This document shows positions 8,352-17,387 of a stretch of DNA of 32,000 nt, in pieces; positions within the stretch are counted from its first letter, which is position 1, and each line of letters starts with the position of its first letter. The stretch comes from Clostridia bacterium. GTDB taxonomy: Bacteria; Bacillota; Clostridia; Lachnospirales; Lachnospiraceae. The notes beneath the pieces are model-generated. The model was not told where the DNA came from. It was given only the letters and a program-made list of their open reading frames with translations, and did not search any database. Position numbers and translations under genes: made by a program. The stretch spans positions 104,432 to 136,431 of the forward strand of contig CAJTHL010000006.1 of the NCBI GenBank assembly GCA_910576205.1, read 5' to 3'.

Positions 8352-8924
8352 ATGAAGGAAATAAAAAGATGCCCCTGGGCAGGGGACGATCCCCTCTATA
8401 TTGACTACCACGACCAGGAATGGGGCCGGCCTCTTCACGACGACCAGAGGCTCTTTGAAATGCTTATTCTGGAAGGCATGCAGGCCGGCCTCTCCTGGAT
8501 TACCATACTGAAAAAGCGAGCGGCCTTCCGTGAGGCCTTTGACGGGTTTGTCCCCCAGAAGGTGGCGCTTTACGACGACGCCAGGGTCGAATCCCTTATG
8601 GAAAACAAAGGCATTATCCGCAATCGCAGGAAAATCACCGCAGCTATACAGAACGCACAGGCATTTCTGAAGGTGCAGAAGCAATACGGAACCTTTGATT
8701 CGTTTATCTGGAGCTATGTGGATGGGAAGCCTGTCATCAATTCCCTGGAAAATACGGCCGATATGCCTGCCTCCACTCCGCTTTCCGACCGCATCAGCAA
8801 AGATCTGAAAAAACTGGGCTTTAGTTTTGTGGGCTCTGTTATCGTGTATTCCTTTATGCAGGCGGTGGGCATGGTGGACGACCATATGGTGTGGTGCGGA
8901 TGTCATACCAGGAACCGGGGCTGA
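8352..8924 (+). CDS. tag: DNA-3-methyladenine glycosylase I
   Basis: 190-aa ORF with AAGGAGG RBS; KRCPWAGDDPLYIDYHDQEWG ... FEMLILEGMQAGLSWITILKKR ... FSFVGSVIVYSFMQAVGMVDDH is the Tag family pattern. Confidence 0.9.
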   Translation: MKEIKRCPWAGDDPLYIDYHDQEWGRPLHDDQRLFEMLILEGMQAGLSWITILKKRAAFREAFDGFVPQKVALYDDARVESLMENKGIIRNRRKITAAIQNAQAFLKVQKQYGTFDSFIWSYVDGKPVINSLENTADMPASTPLSDRISKDLKKLGFSFVGSVIVYSFMQAVGMVDDHMVWCGCHTRNRG

Positions 8925-8978
8925 TCTGTCCATCACGGAAACGCCCTGGTATTTACGCGCCGGAAATATACCGGACCT

Positions 8979-9944
8979 TTATACCCTCCCCACAAGCCTT
9001 AACGTCCTCCCATACAGATAGCCCTCCGGCGCATCTGTCATCCGCGCTATCCGCTCCAGGAAAAAATCCACCTGCAGGCCGGATGCGGCTTTGAGCCTCT
9101 CCCTAATGGATGCGAGAAACTTCTCTTTACTGGAGGTATCGGCTCCAGCAAAGGTGGAATCCAGCTTCACACTCTGAAGCTTTTCATATTGCTCATCTTT
9201 ACGTTTCTGAAGGGCCTCCCTGTTTTCCGCAATCAGGGAAAGGTTTTTCAAAGACCATTCCAGCGCAAAAAGCACGGCGTCCGTTCCATTGTTTTTTGAG
9301 GATTTCCACATTTTTTTGTATGTCTCATAATCTTTGGGCGACTCCCTTTCCATGGCAAACAGCGTTTCTTCCATGCTGCCCTCATGTACATATCCGTTTC
9401 CGTCGATGCACACCGCATGCTTTACCCCATAGTCCATCTCACATGTCCCCACGCGCTTCCCTTTTGTGGCGATTCTGGCAATGGAACACATGGCCTCCAT
9501 AAAGCCCGCTTTTGACTTATCATCAAGAAAGTTTTCGGCGAGATATCCCGCCTTCTCTACCCCCAGCCCGATAAGCGCCAGCCGGTCCTCCTCTTCCAGG
9601 CCGTGAACGTTGTGGGGAAGCAGGTCATTCCAGATAATCTGGTATACATTGTCTTTTAATTCCTGGCTTTTTCCCCTTAAAGCATCTGTGATGGCATTGT
9701 CGATACCGGCATACCCGGTATAAAAGGGCGTCACATGATGCAGCACCGCAATCTCCCCGGGGGCCGGTTTAGGGGCGCCGGCAGAAAATGCATCGGTTTT
9801 AACCTCCAGCGACGTCTCCTTCATGGGCTTTACCGACGGGAAATTTTTTCTGATGCTTTCCATCTGTTCAGAGGAGATCTGCTCCTGCCAGGGACGGATC
9901 TTATCTGCTCCCGGCACAGAATGATAACAGGTACATGGATTCAT
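8979..9944 (-). CDS. Hypothetical protein, no recognisable domain
   Basis: 321 aa from the ATG at 9942-9944 (GAGGGAGG RBS 8 nt upstream; the track start at 9962 is a TTG with no RBS). No signal peptide, TM helix or motif that I recognise. Confidence 0.55.
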   Translation of the reverse strand: MNPCTCYHSVPGADKIRPWQEQISSEQMESIRKNFPSVKPMKETSLEVKTDAFSAGAPKPAPGEIAVLHHVTPFYTGYAGIDNAITDALRGKSQELKDNVYQIIWNDLLPHNVHGLEEEDRLALIGLGVEKAGYLAENFLDDKSKAGFMEAMCSIARIATKGKRVGTCEMDYGVKHAVCIDGNGYVHEGSMEETLFAMERESPKDYETYKKMWKSSKNNGTDAVLFALEWSLKNLSLIAENREALQKRKDEQYEKLQSVKLDSTFAGADTSSKEKFLASIRERLKAASGLQVDFFLERIARMTDAPEGYLYGRTLRLVGRV

Positions 9945-9972
9945 GAAAAGAACCTCCCTCAAAAATCTGTTC

Positions 9973-10570
9973 TTATTTTATATTTCGGATGATAACGGGA
10001 TTCTCTTTATAGAAACAGGAATAAATTCCCATTTTACGCCGTGTAAGCCCCGGACACAAAAATACCGCCACACGCATCCCCCTGCACATGGTTGGTGGCG
10101 ACAGGATATAGCCGCCGCAGGGCGCAAACTGCCGGATGCGGGTTTTCACCTCCTCCATTTCCTTTAGGGAGCCCGGAAGCTTGTACTGGATATCAATCCC
10201 TCCATGGAAACAGACCCGGTCTCCATATTCCCGCTTCAGCATGGCCGAATCCATATCCTTTGCAAAGGGCTGCATGGGCTTTTCCGTTCTGGGACGCAAA
10301 ATCCTCCGTAAACTCCACCCACTCACAGTAACCTCCCACATCCTTCAGATAATGCAGGTGCATTTCTGTGTTAAGCTCCGTCAGCTTGTCTACCAGGGTA
10401 TCCACATACTTCTCATCTTCGTACATGGCGATCATAAAATTTTCCGTCCCGCACAGGTACTGACAGTTTTCAAACACCACGCCGGAGACTGCCGATGTGG
10501 CCATAATGGCATAATCCGTCTTTGTATACCATTCCTCCTGCAAACGGGCCAGTTTTTCAAAAACCTTCTG
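9973..10570 (-). pseudogene. Remnant of a URO-D-family gene; N-terminal about 190 codons missing, internally deleted and frameshifted
   Basis: Track ORFs 10193-10612 and 9973-10341 align in segments to the intact paralogue at 17388-18638 (TDYAIMATSA...FENCQYL..ENFMIAMYEDEKYVDTLVDKL vs TDRALMITCG...ENFLMDIYAEPESVQELVEQL; FHGGIDIQ..GGYILSP vs FWGGGCN..GGFVFNT). The frame switches near 10270 and again near 10085. Boundaries are approximate. Confidence 0.6.
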
Positions 10571-10885
10571 TCCCTCCAGCCCTTGATATGCGCTACAGTA
10601 AATATTGTACATCCTGTCATAGACCGCAGCGTTTTCCTCTATAGGCTCGTAGTGGTCCTACACATTTACCATCCTGCCCACACCCTCCGGAATATCCTTA
10701 AAAAATACCGGCTGCCTTTCCTGCCATAATGGCCGCCACAGAACCGCCGCGTCCTCCACCTCCAGGGTATCGCAGGGAAGCCTGTACATATCCGCTTGAA
10801 TCTGATTCCAGATGCGGCTGTTGGTGGCTCCTCCTATCATGCGTATGGAGCGGATCTCAATGCCGTTTTCCCGGGCTGATCTCGT
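10571..10885 (-). pseudogene. C-terminal remnant of an FGGY sugar kinase with an in-frame stop and frameshifts
   Basis: ENGIEIRSIRMIGGATNSRIWNQIQADM matches the FGGY C-domain GGGA.S..W.QI.AD motif. The expected GSVAAIMAGKAAGIF segment is only readable in another frame. The TAG at 10658-10660 interrupts ...GRMVNV*DHYEPIEENAAVYDRMYNIY, a typical kinase tail. About 400 N-terminal codons are absent. Confidence 0.6.
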
Positions 10886-11954
10886 TTAAGTTTTCCAGCA
10901 CAAGGTTGTCCCCCACACTTAACTGCTGGCACAAGCCCTCCTCCTTCTGGTTTTCCGAGGTAAATCCACACCCAAGCCGCCTCATGACGCCGGGATTCCA
11001 CCTCTTTATTTCCTTTCCGTGAAGGAACAGTTTTCCCTCCCGTACCTTGTCCAGTCCGTAAATTGCCCACAGAAGTTCTGTCCGACCGGAGCCCGGCATT
11101 CCTGCCAGCCCCAGAATCTCCCCTTTTCGCAGAGTCAGTCCCACATCCTTCAGCTTATGATTGGAAAAATGCTCCACGGCAAGAATAGTTTCCTCCTGCA
11201 CATAGGACTTTTCTTTTACGCTGTGGGACACGTTTCCGAACATCATCTGCACCAGGCTGGCCGCGTCCAGATTGGCTGCCTCTTCCGTTCCAGCCAGCAG
11301 GCCGTCTCTTAATACCGTCACCTTGTCCGCAATTTTAAAAATCTCCTGGAGTCTGTGGGAAATAAACAGGATCATAATCCCGCGCCTCTTAAGGTCCGAG
11401 ACAACGCGGAAAAGATTCTCACAGTCCTTATCCGAAAGCGCGGAGGCAGGTTCATCCAGGATCAGTACCTTGGGCTCTGCCAGCATAGCCTTGGCGGTCT
11501 CCACAAGCTGCTGCTGGCCAACCGTCAGGTCCCGGACATACGCCCTGGTATCAAGGTCGATTTGCAGATAGTCCAGGATCTCCTTTGCCTTCCGGTAGAC
11601 AAGGGGCCAGTCAATCCTGCCAGGCCTTTTTACCGGAAGCTTTCCAACCATCAGATTTTCGCCCACCGTCAGATTCTTGATAACGCTCAGCTCCTGGTAA
11701 ACGGTTACGGTCCCCTCTTTCATGTCATCCTCCGTGGAATGAAGCTCCAGCTTCTTCCCATCCAGGAAAACCTCGCCTCCGGAGGCCCGGTAGGCACCCG
11801 AAAATATTTTCATCAAGGTACTTTTGCCGGAACCATTTTTCCCCAGCACCGCATGGACATGTCCGGACTCAAAGGAGACAGAAACATTCCGAAGTGCCGT
11901 GGTGCCCGGAAACACCTTTTTTATGTGTCTCGCCTCCAAAACATACTCGGACAT
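10857..11954 (-). pseudogene. 3'-truncated sugar ABC transporter ATPase (two-NBD RbsA/MglA type)
   Basis: 365 aa from the ATG at 11952-11954 (MSEYVLEARHIK) versus 502 aa for the intact paralogue. The first nucleotide-binding domain (NBD) is complete (GKNGSGKST, VLILDEPAS). The second has only Walker A (GMPGSGRTEL) and then runs straight into the kinase remnant. Confidence 0.7.
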
Positions 11955-11989
11955 AAAGTCTCTCCCTTCTGTCACTGTGACCACATCTC

Positions 11990-12688
11990 TTATTTTGTGG
12001 CGTTTTCGTTCCAGATGGCAAGCCACTCGTCCACTTTAGCCAGGTCTTTTCTTGTCAGCTGGATACAATCCGCATGGAAGTCCTTCTCCGCCGGCTCCAC
12101 GCCGTTGACAACATAGTCGTAAACAGTCTTTACCGCATAGGTTCCCAGGGTGTAGGGGGCCTGCGCCGTGGTTCCCTGGAGAATATTCTTGTCGGATTTC
12201 ATTATCTCCACCAGCTGCTCGCTGCAATCGACAGCAAAGACAACCGTGTAAGCCTTATCGGCCACCTGTCCGTCCTGCCTTCCCACAATATGGATATCGT
12301 AGTCGGAGAGCTGGTCAGGAAATCCCTGGATTCTGGCGTCGGAGCCTGTCATATCCTGCTCGTCATAAGAAATAATCGCCATATTGATGGTCTCATTCTT
12401 TGAGAAATTCTCATCAAAATATTCCTTCGCGTATTTTCCGGTGGATTCTCCCAGGTCATAGCAGTCATTCAGGCCGGAAGCAAATACCGAATCTGAATTT
12501 AAGGTGATGGCACAGGCAAATACGGCCGCTCCCTTTTCCTTTGCCGCATCCGCGATGGCTGCCGATGTATCCGGATTTACGCATTCAATGATGATTCCCT
12601 TTGCTCCCGCCTCCATCATATTGTTGATCTGCTGAGTCTCCGTTTCCGAGGAATACTGGGAGTTGGATACGATAATATCAATCCCCGG
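11990..12688 (-). pseudogene. Fragment of a periplasmic-binding-protein-type sugar SBP (no signal peptide, internal deletion)
   Basis: The reading frame extends upstream of the track ATG to about 12688 (GIDIIVSNSQYSSETETQQINNMMEAGAKGIII). It lacks the lipoprotein signal and first strand-helix units, and a segment is missing around ...AYTVVFAVDCSEQ. About 230 aa versus 330-370 expected. Confidence 0.6.
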
Positions 12689-12689
12689 C

Positions 12690-13121
12690 TCCGCCGACCT
12701 TCTGGAACAGGTGGATTTTTCCTACCCTACCCTGTGCCGGGACTTAAACGAACTGGAGCGGGAAAATAAAATCGTCCGTTTTCACGGCGGGGTGCGTTAT
12801 GCGGATGAGAATATCAACGCATTGACGCCCCACCCCTTTGCCTGCTCGGATTATTACCTGTACCAGACCAGACAGAAATTAAACCTGCCCGAAAAGCAGG
12901 CCATCGGACGCACCGCCGCCTCCCTGGTGCAGAACAACAATATCGTGTTTATCTCCCACGGCACCACCACCGTGGAGCTGGTGAAGGCCCTGGCCAATTT
13001 TATCAGCATTGACCAGATCACCACCCTTGTCACAGACTGGATGGTGGATCCTGCCCATATCAGAAAGATGGAGGAGCTCCATCTCAATTACCTGATTACG
13101 CCGAAGCTGGCTGCGGAGTAA
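12690..13121 (+). pseudogene. DeoR-family regulator remnant (5'-truncated, internally deleted)
   Basis: ADLLEQVDFSYPTLCRDLNELERENKIVRFHGGV is the distal half of a DeoR HTH domain. EKQAIGRTAASLVQNNNIVFISHGTTT is the start of the DeoR C-terminal sensor domain. About 143 aa versus about 250 expected. It abuts the SBP fragment head-to-head. Confidence 0.55.
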
Positions 13122-13162
13122 AGAGCTTTTCTGGAAAAGAAAGCCCTATCCCTTACAAAAAC

Positions 13163-13222
13163 AAAAATACTGCGGGAATCGCAGAAGTCATCCATGACGT
13201 TTTGCATTCCCACAGTATTTTT
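13163..13222. terminator. Bidirectional terminator hairpin at the end of the ABC operon
   Basis: 17-bp arms AAAAATACTGCGGGAAT (13163-13179) / ATTCCCACAGTATTTTT (13206-13222) with one mismatch; A-run on one side and T-run on the other; lies between the convergent DeoR remnant and the ATPase gene. Confidence 0.6.
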
Positions 13223-13231
13223 TTGTTTTCC

Positions 13232-14740
13232 TTATGCCATCAGCCTTCCAATCTCCTGGCTGACTTCCTCATAGCTCTTTTCCTCCTGGTTCAGACCACA
13301 AATCTCCCCGGCGATACGATGATCTTTGAATACCAGGATACGTCTTGCAAGGGTGACCATCTCCGGCATATCCGAGGAGATCAGCAGGATGGATTTTCCT
13401 TCTTCCTTTGCAAGCTTCCAGATAAGATCATGGATATATTTCTTGGCGCCTACATCCACGCCGACAGTGGGTTCATCGATAATAAGAATATCGCAGTCCG
13501 CCGCCAGCCACTTGCCGATACTTACCTTCTGCTGGTTTCCTCCGGAGAGGTTTTGCGCATGGGTCTGCACAGAAGGCGTCTTGATCTGCATTTTCTGAAC
13601 CATGCCGTCCACAATTTCCTTTTCCTTATCCGTCTGGATTTTGCGGAAGCGGTTTAAGATGCGGTGCCAGATATTGATGCTGATGTTGGTTCCCACCGGG
13701 AAATCCAGAATCAGCCCTTCCTCCTTGCGGTTTTCGGACACATACCCAATCCGGTATTTCTCTATAGCGTCCCGGATGGAATGGATCTCCGCCCTGGCGC
13801 CATTTACATAAATCTCCCCGGAATCCATTTTGTCCGCTCCGAAGATCAGTCTGGCAAGCTCCGTGCGGCCCGAGCCGATAAGCCCGTACAGCCCCAGGAT
13901 TTCCCCCTTTTTCAAGGCCAGGCTCACATCCTCCGTTTTTCCGTAGGCTACGGCGTGCTTTACCTCAAGCACAGTCTCATCCCCCACGTCCAGGAAGCCC
14001 AGATGCTCGTTGGCTTCCTCCCGACCAATCATCATTTTTACGATCTCCGCCCGCTTCAGTCCCTGGCATTCCCTGGTTCCCACATATTTTCCGTCCCGGA
14101 TTACCGAAACCACATCGCAAAGCTCCAGCACTTCCTCGATCTTGTGGGAGACAAAAATGATTCCCACGCCCTCTTCCTTTAGCTTTTTCACAAGCCGGAT
14201 GAGGTTGCCGCTCTCGTAGCTGGTCAAGGAGGAGGTTGGCTCATCCAGCAGGATATATTTTGCATTGGCAGACAGAGCCTTGGCGATCTGGATGAGCTGC
14301 TTCTGGGCTGCGGTTAAAAGCTCCGTCCTGGCGTCCGTGCTGATGTCCAGCCCCACCATCTCCAGGTATTTCGCCGCCTCCTGGCGGACCATTTTCCAGT
14401 CCACATGTCCATGCCTGCTGTATTTGTCCAGGCGGTCCAGCACAATATTTTCTGCCACACTGGCCTCCGGTATGATCTGGATTTCCTGGCTCACCATACT
14501 GATATCGTGTTCCACGGCATCCCGGTAGCTCTTCATCTCCACCTGCTGCCCATCCAGATAAATTCCTCCCAGATCCGCCTGGTAAATTCCCGTTATGATT
14601 TTAATCAGCGTCGATTTTCCCGCTCCGTTCTCTCCCATCAGCGCATGGATTTCCCCTGTCTGAAAGGACAATGTCACATCGTCCAGAGCCTTTACACCTG
14701 GAAAGATTTTACTGATATTACGCAGTTCCAGCATTTGCAT
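13232..14740 (-). CDS. Sugar ABC transporter ATP-binding protein (two fused NBDs, RbsA/MglA/RhaT type)
   Basis: 502-aa ORF; GENGAGKST / ILLDEPTSSL in the first NBD and GLIGSGRTEL / LSGGNQQK / ILIIDEPTVGVD in the second. Confidence 0.9.
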   Translation of the reverse strand: MQMLELRNISKIFPGVKALDDVTLSFQTGEIHALMGENGAGKSTLIKIITGIYQADLGGIYLDGQQVEMKSYRDAVEHDISMVSQEIQIIPEASVAENIVLDRLDKYSRHGHVDWKMVRQEAAKYLEMVGLDISTDARTELLTAAQKQLIQIAKALSANAKYILLDEPTSSLTSYESGNLIRLVKKLKEEGVGIIFVSHKIEEVLELCDVVSVIRDGKYVGTRECQGLKRAEIVKMMIGREEANEHLGFLDVGDETVLEVKHAVAYGKTEDVSLALKKGEILGLYGLIGSGRTELARLIFGADKMDSGEIYVNGARAEIHSIRDAIEKYRIGYVSENRKEEGLILDFPVGTNISINIWHRILNRFRKIQTDKEKEIVDGMVQKMQIKTPSVQTHAQNLSGGNQQKVSIGKWLAADCDILIIDEPTVGVDVGAKKYIHDLIWKLAKEEGKSILLISSDMPEMVTLARRILVFKDHRIAGEICGLNQEEKSYEEVSQEIGRLMA

Positions 14741-14769
14741 TCCCTCCTGGTTCTGTCTGCATTTCCCCT

Positions 14770-15891
14770 TTATTTTTTCTCAAGATAATCTGTTGTCAGT
14801 CTGCCTAAGATATCCTCGGTCACCTTGTCCAGATCTGCCTGGAAAGTCTCGATATTATCCTTTGTCACAATCTGGTTTCCGGCATCCACAAAGTATACGC
14901 CGTCCTTTACCGTGTAGCCCTCTCCCATGTATTTCAGAAGCATCAGGGGAATGTAGCCGTGTCCCACATTGTTCTGCGCCACGGTTGCGTCGATGACGCC
15001 TTCTTTAATTCCTTCCATAACGGCTTCCTCTGTGTCAATACCGATGGTAAAGATATGCTCCGCGCCGGCATTTCTGTCATAATAGTCGTTGAGCACCTGG
15101 GTCATGCCTACGCTTGTAACCATTCCGGTGCAGATGATGCCCTTGATTTCTCCGCTGTTGGCTGTAAGGGCCGCCTCAATCTTGCTGACTGCCTCTTCCT
15201 GGTTTTTAATACCGGCAATTTCCTGGACGATCTCTACGTTAGGATATTTGGCAACACATTCCTCCACGCCCTCTTTGCGCAACGCCGTGTTGGGATCCTC
15301 CAGCACCTCCAGCACGTTGAGAATCTTTCCTTCTTCTCCCATCATCTGAATAAGGGCCTCTGTGGCGTCGTAAGCCGCCTGCTTTACGTCGGTTCCCACC
15401 GCAAATTTCGCCGTGGTGGGCTTGTTGGTGTCTGTTCCGAAGTTAATCACATTTACGCCCATATTTTCGCTGATCTCTTCGTAGAGTCCGTTTGCGCCGG
15501 AGGCGTCACAGGGGTAAATGGAGAGCGCATTCACGCCCTGGGCCACCAGAGCCTCCACCTTTTCATTTTCGCTGGCCTGGGTCCAGTCCGGGCCGATCTG
15601 TACCACAACTTCCATTCCCTGGTCAGCCTGGAATTTCTCTACGCCCTTCTTTACGTCGTCAAAATAGGGATGGGGCGCAGGCGCATACCAGGCGATCTTT
15701 AAATTGGAATCCGCGCTCTCCGAGGAGGCGGGTTCACCGGCGTTATCTCCCCCGGCATTCTTCTCTTCTGCCACGTCTGCCGGCGCATCCGCGCCTGCAT
15801 CTGCGCTTCCGTTATCCTTGCCGCCGCATGCGGCCAGGCCCAATACCATCACTGCACTCATTAATACTGCAAGCATTCTCTTTGTTTTCAT
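14770..15891 (-). CDS. Sugar ABC substrate-binding lipoprotein (RbsB/RhaS-like periplasmic binding protein fold)
   Basis: 373-aa ORF; lipobox LGLAAC-GG, low-complexity Ala/Asp/Gly linker, then the periplasmic-binding-protein core. Confidence 0.85.
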   Translation of the reverse strand: MKTKRMLAVLMSAVMVLGLAACGGKDNGSADAGADAPADVAEEKNAGGDNAGEPASSESADSNLKIAWYAPAPHPYFDDVKKGVEKFQADQGMEVVVQIGPDWTQASENEKVEALVAQGVNALSIYPCDASGANGLYEEISENMGVNVINFGTDTNKPTTAKFAVGTDVKQAAYDATEALIQMMGEEGKILNVLEVLEDPNTALRKEGVEECVAKYPNVEIVQEIAGIKNQEEAVSKIEAALTANSGEIKGIICTGMVTSVGMTQVLNDYYDRNAGAEHIFTIGIDTEEAVMEGIKEGVIDATVAQNNVGHGYIPLMLLKYMGEGYTVKDGVYFVDAGNQIVTKDNIETFQADLDKVTEDILGRLTTDYLEKK

Positions 15892-15909
15892 GTTTTTATC
15901 CTCCCTTAA

Positions 15910-16905
15910 TTAATTTTCTTTTGGTGAAACAGCAGCCGCTCCTTTTTTCAGCTCCTGCTTCAGTTTTCTATCGCTTATAATCTGCTTAATGCTTTCCAGT
16001 GAGACAGCCAGAAGAAGGATGAGTCCCAGATAGGTCTGCTCAAAGTAAACATTTGCATTTAACATTACCAGGCCGTTCTTTACCATGACGATCAGAATTC
16101 CCGCGAAGAACAGGCCTACGGCGTTGAATACGCCGCCCTTTAACAGGGTTCCTCCGATTACCGCTACCGCAAAGGAGATCACCATCCAGTCCACGCCTGT
16201 GGAGGGCTGGGCGGAGCCTGTTCTGGAAATCCACAGAATTCCCGCAATGGAGGCAAATACCCCGGAAGCCACGTTTGCGATAATCAGAATCCGGTTGGTG
16301 TTGACGCCGGACATTTTCGCCGCCTCAATATTTCCTCCTGTGGCCAGATACCTGCGCCCCAGAACCGTGTATTTAAACACATATCCAGCCAGAGCCAGGG
16401 CAATCACCGCCAGGATCAGCAGATAGGGAATCCCAAGGAATCCTTTCCGGCCAATGACGGTAAAGCTGTCTGGGATTCCCTCGTAGGGGAAGCCCTTGGA
16501 GATTCCGTTTATCAGCCCCGTATACACAAAGGAGGTGGCCAGGGTAACCACAAAAGCGTTAAGCTTCAGCAGTGTAATAACCAGGCCGTTAACCAGCCCT
16601 GTAAGGACGCCCACCAGCAGTCCGATGCTGACTGCTGCAAATACCGGCACCTGCATTTCCTGTAGCGCATATCCAACAGCTACTACCGTAAGCCCTCCGA
16701 TATATCCCAGGGACAGGTTCATACCTCCCACAATAACCACCATGGCCTGCCCCAGCGCTATGAACATGTAAACCGCCGCGTTCCGCCCCATATTGAAAAA
16801 ATTATAGGAGGTCAGAAAGCTGTCGGAACATACCGCAAAAATCAGTCCCAATAGGAGCACTGCCAGGATCACCGTCACTTCGCTTCTTGCAAAAAGCTTC
16901 TTCAT
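15910..16905 (-). CDS. Sugar ABC transporter permease (RbsC/branched-type, about 10 TM)
   Basis: 331 aa from the ATG at 16903-16905 (MKKLFARSEVTVILAVLLLG; AGAGGAG RBS). The track's 28-codon N-terminal extension overlaps rhaM and has no RBS. Confidence 0.85.
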   Translation of the reverse strand: MKKLFARSEVTVILAVLLLGLIFAVCSDSFLTSYNFFNMGRNAAVYMFIALGQAMVVIVGGMNLSLGYIGGLTVVAVGYALQEMQVPVFAAVSIGLLVGVLTGLVNGLVITLLKLNAFVVTLATSFVYTGLINGISKGFPYEGIPDSFTVIGRKGFLGIPYLLILAVIALALAGYVFKYTVLGRRYLATGGNIEAAKMSGVNTNRILIIANVASGVFASIAGILWISRTGSAQPSTGVDWMVISFAVAVIGGTLLKGGVFNAVGLFFAGILIVMVKNGLVMLNANVYFEQTYLGLILLLAVSLESIKQIISDRKLKQELKKGAAAVSPKEN

Positions 16906-16915
16906 TTTTCTTATG

Positions 16916-17257
16916 TCACTCCTCTCCCCGTTCCAGATGATAGACCTCCTCCATGTCCGCCCACCATTCGCCCTCCCGGGCGTCCTCAATGGGATACTGA
17001 CACGGGTCCGTCTCCTTCCACCACCTCTGCGTCGTGGGATCCGCCGCCATTTTTTTCATATCGGCCTCAAAATCTTCCCCCACATACTCAAAATAGCTGA
17101 ACAGATATCCGTTTCTATAGTAAATGGAATAATTCTGTATGTTACATTCCCGGATCATCTGGTTTACCTCCGGCCATGGATTTGCATGAAGTTCTTTGTA
17201 TTTTTCCAGAAATTCCGGCTTCACCCGGATAACCTGGCCATACCTTCTCATATGCAC
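16916..17257 (-). CDS. rhaM: L-rhamnose mutarotase family protein
   Basis: 113-aa ORF; RYGQVIRVKPEFLEKYKELHANPWPEV ... NYSIYY ... LFSYFEY ... WW is the RhaM (DUF718) pattern. Confidence 0.85.
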   Translation of the reverse strand: MHMRRYGQVIRVKPEFLEKYKELHANPWPEVNQMIRECNIQNYSIYYRNGYLFSYFEYVGEDFEADMKKMAADPTTQRWWKETDPCQYPIEDAREGEWWADMEEVYHLERGEE

Positions 17258-17307
17258 GCTCCTCTCTTAAATTCCGCGGCATCCTTATGACGCCCGCCTA
17301 TAAATCC

Positions 17308-17335
17308 ATTATAGCTTTTCCCGGTTTCATTTCAA
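17308..17335 (-). promoter_or_regulatory. Sigma-A promoter of the rhaM-permease-SBP-ATPase operon (TTGAAA-16-TATAAT)
   Basis: Minus strand: -35 TTGAAA (plus 17330-17335), 16-bp spacer, -10 TATAAT (plus 17308-17313), about 50 nt upstream of rhaM. Confidence 0.55.
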
Positions 17336-17352
17336 TACGGTTGCAGAAATAT

Positions 17353-17372
17353 AAATCTAAACGTTTTGATTT
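17353..17372. promoter_or_regulatory. LacI-type palindromic operator, copy 1 (AAATCTAAACGTTTTGATTT)
   Basis: 20-bp palindrome with central CG, 9 of 10 arm pairs complementary. Embedded in a 27-bp block (17346-17372) identical to 18755-18781. Exactly 39 nt upstream of the -10 hexamer. Confidence 0.55.
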
Positions 17373-17387
17373 TCTCTCCGGAATCCA

